Origin: Candidatus Altimarinota bacterium
GTDB taxonomy: Bacteria > Patescibacteriota > Gracilibacteria > 1-14-2-50-48-13
Direction of reading: 5' to 3'
DNA length: 64,000 bases
NCBI GenBank assembly: GCA_046314355.1
Contig: JBKBWQ010000001.1
Location: 1-64,000, forward strand
A program made the translations under genes and the position numbers. The notes beneath the pieces are model-generated. The model did no database searches. It saw nothing but the letters and a program-made list of their open reading frames with translations, and was not told the origin of the DNA. Below are positions 56,709 through 64,000 of this stretch, piece after piece. The stretch's first letter is position 1. Every line of letters begins with the position of its first letter.

Positions 56709-58895
56709 ATGGCATCTCTAGAGGAAACACTAAATGCAAAAAGACAGGCTGCTGAAGAGACTAAACAAAGTCTTCAGGAGACTTTAAAGATAAAACGTGC
56801 AGAAAAGATGAAAGAGCAGGAAGACAACTTGAGGATAGAAATTGCATCTTTGGAATCGCATATTCTTGAACTTAAAAAAGCAGTAGAAAAAAATGCTCTT
56901 CCAAGAGCTTCAGAAGATCTAGAGAAAGAAGTAAATGAAAAGAATGAAGGAGTGCTCACAATGAAAAATGAATTGAAAGAAGTCCTCAGCAGTATAAAAA
57001 AGTTGTATGAAGATAATCGTGATTTGCTCCCAAATTTAAAAAAACCTTCTGACCTGAGACATCATAAAGAGTATCAGAATACGGATGAAATCCAGAATCT
57101 TATGGAAACATACAATGGTTTCATAAGTAAAATTACAGAGAAGAAAGCTGTAAAAGAAAAACTTAGTGAAGCGAAAAAAATAGAAGAAACTTTACCAACT
57201 CGTGAAGAAGCAGAAAAAGATCTTTATGCACAGATTGAATTAGCAGAAACAGCAGTACTGCTTCTCAAAGAACAGCTTCCTGAAGAAAAAGTAAAAAAGC
57301 AGTCTGAGCTGGCAGCTCTTCTCGAGGATAAGGTGAGTGCTATGTCAAATTATCCGCAGCATATAATTAAAAATCTTAAGTTCTGGCAAGGTGCATCTCT
57401 AAAAGACATGGAACAAATGCTTCCGGAAGAATATTTTGTATACCTTGAAAAAGATGGGTACGGCAGGGATTTTGTCACTAATGCCATGAAAGAAGCAGTA
57501 CAAAATGTGATGAAAAAATATAATATTTCAAAAGAGATGGCTGAAACAAGGGCATTTATAGAGGAGACAGAATATACGGAGAAAGATAGAGAAATAATTA
57601 GCGAAAGAGGTAAAAAAATAATAAAAGAAATGGAAGAAGTAAATGATCTTCTAAAGGAAGAAATTAAAAAAAATAAAGTTGATACAGACTATAGTATGTC
57701 ATCTGACCCTATGACTACCTACTTCATTTCACTTGATCTCTTTAAAGGGTATATCAATAACTATAATGGCGGTACAAAGTCTTTTCTTGAACAAAAATTT
57801 CGTGAGCTGAAGGATATACTCTATGGCAATACTCAGCAGAATGTTCCTAAAAAAAGCAGTATAGAAAATACCTTCTCAGGATTAGAGAACTTGCTAAACG
57901 AAATAAAGACTGCACATGAGCAGAATAATAAAGAACATCCTTTATTTATAAAAAATGCTTTAAACGACGATAAAAATGTGACACGTAATTATTTACAAAA
58001 AGAATATGCATACTTAAATGAGAACTTTACTACACCGGCTCAAAGCACAAATTGGTATAAAGATGCCAGAGAAAAAGGAAAAAATAGACCTGCAATCCTT
58101 GCAGAAGTAGAAAAGATTGAACAAAACATTAATGGTTTTACAAATAAGATGGAAGATGAATTCTCCAAACTCCCTGAGTATCTTGATACTGCCAAAGAAC
58201 AAGACGAACTGGAACAAAAATTTGGGAAGGATCTAGTCTATGAGGAAAAGCAGCTTCAAGAGAGTCTACAGCATTCTAAAAAAGCTTTAGGAGAAATGAT
58301 AAAACTTCAAGAAACTTTGAAGGAGGTAAAGAATGTCAAAGTAAGGATTGGATCCTATGGTTTTGAAGTGGCAGATCCTGTCATCAGCTGGAATTTTGAT
58401 GAAGCTGAAAAAAAGGAAAGAGACTTGCAGCAGAATCGTCTGAAGATTGAACAGAGAAAAGTGTCTTTTTTTCAGAGAATCTTTGGAGGGGAAAAGAAAA
58501 AGGCTCTTGAGCTTCAGGAAGTGGATGCATCACTTGTAGAAATAAAAAATGAGAAAGAAGAAAGAACTAAAAAAATCACTAAAGAAAATAAGGAGAGAAA
58601 GAGAGTAAAGGAACTGATTGAGCCAATAAGTCAGTATGTGACTCCAGAATTTTTAAGAAGCAAACTACATAACTTAGATCTCAACGAGGCACACACCATT
58701 GATGAGATTATGAAGGCACTAGAAAATTTTTATACTGAAAAAGCTTCTGAGAATTTTGCCAGTGAAAAATCTGAGGCACTAAAAAAGCTGAATGGGATAA
58801 ATGAAGAGAAGAGACATATCAAAGAAGATCTAGATAACTATGAGCGTAGTAAAGAGTATTTAGAATTTGAATATGCAGTAAAAAGAATGTATTAA
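56709..58895 (+). CDS. Large coiled-coil hypothetical protein (728 aa)
   Basis: E/K-rich heptad composition. Confidence 0.8.
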   Translation: MASLEETLNAKRQAAEETKQSLQETLKIKRAEKMKEQEDNLRIEIASLESHILELKKAVEKNALPRASEDLEKEVNEKNEGVLTMKNELKEVLSSIKKLYEDNRDLLPNLKKPSDLRHHKEYQNTDEIQNLMETYNGFISKITEKKAVKEKLSEAKKIEETLPTREEAEKDLYAQIELAETAVLLLKEQLPEEKVKKQSELAALLEDKVSAMSNYPQHIIKNLKFWQGASLKDMEQMLPEEYFVYLEKDGYGRDFVTNAMKEAVQNVMKKYNISKEMAETRAFIEETEYTEKDREIISERGKKIIKEMEEVNDLLKEEIKKNKVDTDYSMSSDPMTTYFISLDLFKGYINNYNGGTKSFLEQKFRELKDILYGNTQQNVPKKSSIENTFSGLENLLNEIKTAHEQNNKEHPLFIKNALNDDKNVTRNYLQKEYAYLNENFTTPAQSTNWYKDAREKGKNRPAILAEVEKIEQNINGFTNKMEDEFSKLPEYLDTAKEQDELEQKFGKDLVYEEKQLQESLQHSKKALGEMIKLQETLKEVKNVKVRIGSYGFEVADPVISWNFDEAEKKERDLQQNRLKIEQRKVSFFQRIFGGEKKKALELQEVDASLVEIKNEKEERTKKITKENKERKRVKELIEPISQYVTPEFLRSKLHNLDLNEAHTIDEIMKALENFYTEKASENFASEKSEALKKLNGINEEKRHIKEDLDNYERSKEYLEFEYAVKRMY

Positions 58896-58959
58896 TCTGA
58901 TAGTAGTCAGAATATGAAAAAAGGTATACACTAAAACCACTAGTCTATATCTTTTTCAT

Positions 58960-59673
58960 ATGGAAATTTTTATACCAGGTAATTCCCGCGGGCATGCGAA
59001 TCATGGCTGGCTCGATAGTTATCATACCTTTAGTTTTGCAGATTATTATGATCCTAAAAGGGTTAATTTTGGAGCTTTAAGAGTACTAAATGAAGATGTT
59101 ATAGCTCCAGGAATGGGGTTTGGCACTCATGGACATGATAATATGGAAATTATAACGATACCTCTTACTGGTAGTCTTGCACATAAAGATAGTATGGGAA
59201 ATAGCTCCAGTATTATTGCAGGAGAAGTCCAGGTAATGTCTGCAGGTACAGGAGTGAGACATTCTGAATACAATGCCTCAGAGAAAGATCCAGTACATCT
59301 GCTGCAGATTTGGGTATTTCCTAGAAAAAGAGAGGTAGCGCCGAGATATGATCAAAAGTTATTTGATGCAGATAAAACAAATACCTGGCAGCTGCTTGTA
59401 AGTGCTGATGAGACAGAAGGAGCTTTGATGGTGCACCAGGATACATTTTTCTCAATGACCCGTATGGATGAAAATACGTATTTAGAATACAAGGTTAAAA
59501 AGGAAGGAAACGGTGTATTTTTTATGCTTCTCAATGGAAAAGTAAACATAGGAGATCATGCCTTGGAGGAAAAAGATGCTTTTGCTGCAGATGATAAGAC
59601 TGCGTATACAATACAAGCACTCGAGAAATCTCAAGTGCTTGCGATAGAAGTACCGATGGAAGTGAAATGGTAG
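58960..59673 (+). CDS. Pirin family protein (YhhW-like)
   Basis: HGWL.S.HTFSF..YYDP, GFGTHGH.NMEI, MSAGTGV.HSE. Confidence 0.95.
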   Translation: MEIFIPGNSRGHANHGWLDSYHTFSFADYYDPKRVNFGALRVLNEDVIAPGMGFGTHGHDNMEIITIPLTGSLAHKDSMGNSSSIIAGEVQVMSAGTGVRHSEYNASEKDPVHLLQIWVFPRKREVAPRYDQKLFDADKTNTWQLLVSADETEGALMVHQDTFFSMTRMDENTYLEYKVKKEGNGVFFMLLNGKVNIGDHALEEKDAFAADDKTAYTIQALEKSQVLAIEVPMEVKW

Positions 59674-59677
59674 TACT

Positions 59678-61009
59678 TTAAACAGCTGCTATCTTAGGAG
59701 TGCGGTAGAAAAGTATAAATATAAGCCATGAAAATGCGATGACGATACTTGCAACGATAATAGGAGCTGAAGGTGTAAGTGATGCTGCAATATATCCTGA
59801 GAGTACTGCAGGTATTGCCTGAGCAAGTGCCTGCACGCTTGAGTTAATACCCAGTATCTCTCCCTGTATTTTTGCATCGGCGCTTTTACTGATAAGAGCG
59901 GTCATATTTGCTTGGGAGAGTCCCATAGAAATTGCAAAGAACGGTACTACAAGTACCGGAAGAAGCATATTTCCATGTACAAACCAATAGAGTGTATCGG
60001 TACTCGCAAGAGTCCATCCAGTAACACCATGTATTGAAAGTGGATTCATAAATCCCTGTATGCCGATGAATATTCCTGTCAGTAAGAGAGTCCATCTCAT
60101 GATATTTGATTCACTGAATTTTTTTGCAAAAGCTCTAGTGACGAACATTTGTGTAATCACAATCCAGAGACCGATGTAGGCAAAATAATCTCCTATATTT
60201 CCCTGCGAGATCTGAAAATTTGTAAGAAAGAATACTGCTGAGAAGGTCGTGAAGAATGTAAATCCTCCCTGAAAAAAGAAATTTACGCTGAGAAGTGGTC
60301 TAAGTCCTTTGAGATTCAGTGCTTTGGCAATATTATGAAAGGATTTACTCCAGTCAATTTTTTTATCTTTATCTTGATGAGTATTAGTCTCTGGAAGAGA
60401 AGTAAATACAAAGAGAGAATTAAGTGCGCTTAGGATGGTTGCGAGTATAAATGGAGTAGTCGCATCAAAGCCTGCGAATACTGCAGGATCGGAAAGTTTA
60501 CCTCCAATATACGGTCCCATAATAAATCCTAACCCAAAGGCAGCTCCGATAAGACCAAAGTTCTTTGCGCGGTCTTTAGGTTCTGTAATATCACTTATGA
60601 CAGCTTGAGCCACTGCAATATTTCCTCCTGTAATTCCATCAAAAATTCTGGAAATAAAGAGAAGAGGAATATTTCTGGTAAAGATCGCATATGCAAAAAT
60701 AATGTAAGAAAGCGCTGTCCCGGCGAGCGAAATACCTAGTACTGCTTTTCTTCCAAATTTGTCTGAAAGCTGTCCTAGAATAGGAGTTGCAAGAAACTGA
60801 GCAAGAGGATAACTAGCAGTAAGGTACCCGAGTAAGATGAGACCTTGTGCAATGCTCCATCCATTAGGAAGAAGGTAATATTCTGATCCAGGGTTTGCAA
60901 GAAGCTGCGGAATGACTGGAATGAGTATTCCAACTCCCAGCATATCAATAAAAATGGTAAAAAAGACAATCAGCAAAGATGTTTTTGGGGAATTCTTGGA
61001 AGATGACAT
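59678..61009 (-). CDS. MFS transporter, TetA/DHA1-like
   Basis: GQLSDKFGRK motif A; GITGGN; G..GAAFGLGF..GP.IGG motif C. Confidence 0.92.
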   Translation of the reverse strand: MSSSKNSPKTSLLIVFFTIFIDMLGVGILIPVIPQLLANPGSEYYLLPNGWSIAQGLILLGYLTASYPLAQFLATPILGQLSDKFGRKAVLGISLAGTALSYIIFAYAIFTRNIPLLFISRIFDGITGGNIAVAQAVISDITEPKDRAKNFGLIGAAFGLGFIMGPYIGGKLSDPAVFAGFDATTPFILATILSALNSLFVFTSLPETNTHQDKDKKIDWSKSFHNIAKALNLKGLRPLLSVNFFFQGGFTFFTTFSAVFFLTNFQISQGNIGDYFAYIGLWIVITQMFVTRAFAKKFSESNIMRWTLLLTGIFIGIQGFMNPLSIHGVTGWTLASTDTLYWFVHGNMLLPVLVVPFFAISMGLSQANMTALISKSADAKIQGEILGINSSVQALAQAIPAVLSGYIAASLTPSAPIIVASIVIAFSWLIFILFYRTPKIAAV

Positions 61010-61044
61010 GTACAGAAACTTAAGAGATACAGTAGTATCGAGAA

Positions 61045-61797
61045 CTATACGCTGTCTTTCCTATTTTTCCACTGTTTTTCTTCAATTTTTGCTAGAACAA
61101 AGTTTTTCTGCGCAGTATCCAGCTGGGCATCATTTGCCATTTCTATCAGTACAGTGGTTGATGTTTCATCATTTTCCACCAATGAGCGTATCAAATACTT
61201 ATCGTAAAAACCTGAAGCTTTGAGAAGAGCATAGGTTTTTAAATTTATCTTTGAACACTTTGCTATGGTTGAAATAATAAATGATGATTTAGAAAAGTGT
61301 TTGTGATGCAAAATCTTATGAAGATGTCTTTCCTCCGGATCCATTTCCTCCAAAAAATCGTGAATATCCTCTTCGGTGCAGAGGTTCGTATTTAATACTT
61401 GACTGAAGAGTTGGATGTTGTGATAAACTGATTGATAAAATAGTAGGCTTCCAATATCGTTATCCGTAAGTTTCTTTGATTTAAGCAGTTTTCTAATTTG
61501 ATAGGCATTCATTTCTAATTTTTCTACCAATAGACTGTAGTCAATTTTTTCTTGAGGATTAAGTTCAATAAGAAAATTGATGCATGTATTAACAGATGAA
61601 CGAATAGCATTCTTTAAATGCTCTTTATTAATCTTTTCAAGACTTCTCTGCTGGAGAGAAAGATCTTCTACTAGTGCATGTAGCTTTGAGGAAATTGATG
61701 CAAGTAAATCGTTCTGCAGTTTTTTATTATGGTAAGCAAAAGTACATGGCTTATCATCCTCAGGTAATTCATCAAACTTGGTTGTATCTATAGCCAT
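61045..61797 (-). CDS. Hypothetical helical protein
   Basis: ORF adjacent to 61802 ORF; start MAIDT. Confidence 0.65.
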   Translation of the reverse strand: MAIDTTKFDELPEDDKPCTFAYHNKKLQNDLLASISSKLHALVEDLSLQQRSLEKINKEHLKNAIRSSVNTCINFLIELNPQEKIDYSLLVEKLEMNAYQIRKLLKSKKLTDNDIGSLLFYQSVYHNIQLFSQVLNTNLCTEEDIHDFLEEMDPEERHLHKILHHKHFSKSSFIISTIAKCSKINLKTYALLKASGFYDKYLIRSLVENDETSTTVLIEMANDAQLDTAQKNFVLAKIEEKQWKNRKDSV

Positions 61798-61801
61798 ATT
61801 A

Positions 61802-62665
61802 TTATGAAAAATTATCAATATCATTATTGTCTTCTATACATTTTTTTACATATTTCTTTTTTAATGCCATCCTATCTTCAAAACTTAGGACCAATTTTGA
61901 ATTCAGCACAAGTTCTTCATACTCTTCTTCAGATAGAGTAAGCGATACAATACAGCTTACAAGAAATTCTTTTCTCTTTGCAGTGGTCAGGTCAGAATCA
62001 TTTTGAATAAGAAAAGTGTAGACCTCTTTCGCCATAAATGTATTTGTAAGCAATGCTTTAACAAATTTCTGAAAATCTATTTTAGTTTTTAGGTAATGAA
62101 AGACTTCTGGAGATATATACACTTCTTCTGCGATAAAAATCATCAGCTCTGGTGTAGAAAATCGGCTTTGAACAATAGTTTTAATCTGTTCAAGTGTAAT
62201 TGAAGCATAGTTAATAAACTCCATAACTCTCTCTAAGTTCATTTCTCTATGTTCGAGTACCTTTGCTAGTAAAGAAAAATTTTCTTCATGCACGATCATA
62301 ACTTCTCTAAGTACTAAAGAAGTAATATTATGAATTTTTGACTGTAGCAATTTTTCAATAACCTCCTCAGGCATAGAAGGATAATTTCTGATTGCATCAA
62401 TAGTTTCCTCTGAAGTATGAGGAGTAGTAAGTATACTGTTATAAGTATCTTGCTCAAGTTTTGCTACTGCTTCTTCTTCGAGCTTCAATACTTGTTGGGT
62501 TTTCTTATCTGATACTACATTCTGAGATCTATCTCTTATGCACTCACTTAGTAATTTCTGAAAATCTTCAAACTCTATGATCTCATCTGTTTCAGAGGCT
62601 GGAGCTGTATCTCCTGTTTCATTATTCTCAGATTTTTCCCATGAATTATTTTCATCAATATCCAT
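61802..62665 (-). CDS. Hypothetical protein with short helical (LRV-like) repeats
   Basis: Periodic TSEETIDAI/MPEEVIEKL/STPELMIFI/ISPEVFHYL segments; TTGACA promoter upstream. Confidence 0.7.
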   Translation of the reverse strand: MDIDENNSWEKSENNETGDTAPASETDEIIEFEDFQKLLSECIRDRSQNVVSDKKTQQVLKLEEEAVAKLEQDTYNSILTTPHTSEETIDAIRNYPSMPEEVIEKLLQSKIHNITSLVLREVMIVHEENFSLLAKVLEHREMNLERVMEFINYASITLEQIKTIVQSRFSTPELMIFIAEEVYISPEVFHYLKTKIDFQKFVKALLTNTFMAKEVYTFLIQNDSDLTTAKRKEFLVSCIVSLTLSEEEYEELVLNSKLVLSFEDRMALKKKYVKKCIEDNNDIDNFS

Positions 62666-62814
62666 ATATGCATGCTAATAAAATTTGCGATATATTAACC
62701 CTAAAAAAAATAGTGTCAATAATTTTGAATTAATGGCTTTTTTAGCCTTTTCAGATTGACTTTTATATAGAAAAATGTAAGCTCACGGTACTATTTTTTG
62801 TACACTTATATCGC

Positions 62815-64000
62815 ATGCAGTTTCGAAATATTGCTATTATTGCCCATGTTGACCACGGCAAGACGACTTTAGTAGATGCTATCCTGAAACAGGGAGGAGC
62901 TTTTAGAGAAAACCAGGAGGTGGAAGTTTGTGTTATGGACTCAAATGACCTGGAAAAAGAAAGAGGAATTACAATTTATGCAAAAAATACATCTATCCTG
63001 TATCAGGGATGTAAAATGAATATTGTTGATACTCCTGGACATGCGGACTTTGGATCTGAAGTTGAGCGTATCTTGAAGACTGTTGACTGTGTACTTTTGC
63101 TTGTGGATGCCTATGAAGGACCTATGCCTCAGACACGATTTGTACTTAAAAAATCCCTTGAACTTGGTATCAAGCCTATCGTTCTTATCAACAAGATCGA
63201 CAAGCCAATGGCACGACCAGATGAGGTTGTGGACATGGTATTTGATCTCTTCGTAGAACTTGGAGCAAAGGATGATCAGCTTGATTTCCCATATATCTAT
63301 ACTATTGGACGAGATGGGGTTGCAAAGAAAACTCTTGATGATCCTTCTACGGATCTTACACCTCTCTTCCAGCTTATTATGGATAAGGTTCAGATCGCTG
63401 AATCTCAGGTAGATGTACCTCTTCGAATGCAGCCATCTAATCTTGGGTATGATAACTATCTTGGACGACTCGCTATTGGTCGAATCTACGAGGGAACTAT
63501 CAAGACAAATATGTCTGTAGTTGTAAAGAAAGAAGACGGAAGTACAAAGAGAGCTCGAATTACAAAGCTCTTTACCTTTGAGGGACTTAATCGTATCGAG
63601 GTTCAGGAGGCATATGCCGGAGATATCTGTGTACTTGCAGGAATCCCTGATATTTATGTGGGAGATACTATCTGTGAGATAGAGACAGCTGAGAGTCTTC
63701 CTGCTATCAAGGTAGATGCACCGACTGTATCCATGAACTTCATGGTAAATAATTCACCATTCGCCGGAAAAGACGGTAAGTTTGTAACTACACGACATAT
63801 CAAGGAACGTCTCGAGAGAGAGCTTGAGACAAACGTAGGACTTCGAGTAGAGGCTTCCACTGAGACTGATTCATATAAGGTATCAGGGCGAGGAGAAATG
63901 CATCTCTCAGTACTTATCGAGACTATGAGACGTGAAGGATTTGAGCTTCAGGTATCACGACCTGAAGTAATTTATAGAGAAGAGAATGGCAAGAAGCTTG
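62815..64000 (+). CDS. typA: Translational GTPase TypA/BipA (partial, runs off window)
   Basis: Read directly: [21 protein letters not shown]...[14 protein letters not shown]...[14 protein letters not shown]...[17 protein letters not shown]. Confidence 0.96.
   Translation, partial: MQFRNIAIIAHVDHGKTTLVDAILKQGGAFRENQEVEVCVMDSNDLEKERGITIYAKNTSILYQGCKMNIVDTPGHADFGSEVERILKTVDCVLLLVDAYEGPMPQTRFVLKKSLELGIKPIVLINKIDKPMARPDEVVDMVFDLFVELGAKDDQLDFPYIYTIGRDGVAKKTLDDPSTDLTPLFQLIMDKVQIAESQVDVPLRMQPSNLGYDNYLGRLAIGRIYEGTIKTNMSVVVKKEDGSTKRARITKLFTFEGLNRIEVQEAYAGDICVLAGIPDIYVGDTICEIETAESLPAIKVDAPTVSMNFMVNNSPFAGKDGKFVTTRHIKERLERELETNVGLRVEASTETDSYKVSGRGEMHLSVLIETMRREGFELQVSRPEVIYREENGKKL

Noticed and set aside
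760-63860. Numerous 60-250 aa ORFs antisense to or nested in confident genes (e.g. 29438-30172, 43981-44445, 63654-63860)
   Set aside because: Shadow frames of real genes with no independent motifs or signals
1-64000. Genetic code 25 (UGA = Gly) as in Gracilibacteria/Absconditabacteria
   Set aside because: Long conserved genes are full length under code 11 and TGA ends plausible ORFs (e.g. DUF1643 at 46402)

Overview
AT-rich bacterial chromosome segment read with the standard code 11. It most likely comes from a Patescibacteria/CPR organism, inferred from SD-less housekeeping genes, T4SS-pilin-like proteins, a TrmB-type regulator, an alpha2 GlyRS and a type-2 IleRS. Housekeeping genes (pyk, rpmA, rpsB, tsf, glyQS, pnp, rarA, ileS, secA, ppa, lexA-like + Y-family polymerase, partial typA) are interleaved with orphan ORFs. 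No rRNA, tRNA, CRISPR array, integrase or transposase was recognised. The main discovery candidate is a set of four unrelated orphan genes (12146, 17610, 23174, 28039) sharing one mRNA architecture: a sigma70 promoter, a 105-180 nt folded 5' leader, a strong Shine-Dalgarno (absent from the housekeeping genes inspected), the ORF, a 3' segment complementary to the gene's own leader (with G-U pairs), and an intrinsic terminator. Two of them also share a covarying four-way-junction RNA motif. Other highlights are ultrashort-stem-I T-box leaders for glyQS and ileS carrying inserted REP-like hairpins, a 67-bp direct repeat bracketing an 11-kb orphan island, a ~245-nt candidate ncRNA, a ~300-bp mosaic palindromic repeat in four copies, a FASTK/RAP-like protein, a two-domain nuclease/toxin-like protein and an IleRS with an inserted histidine-phosphatase domain. 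All RNA pairings were found by eye and need computational confirmation.
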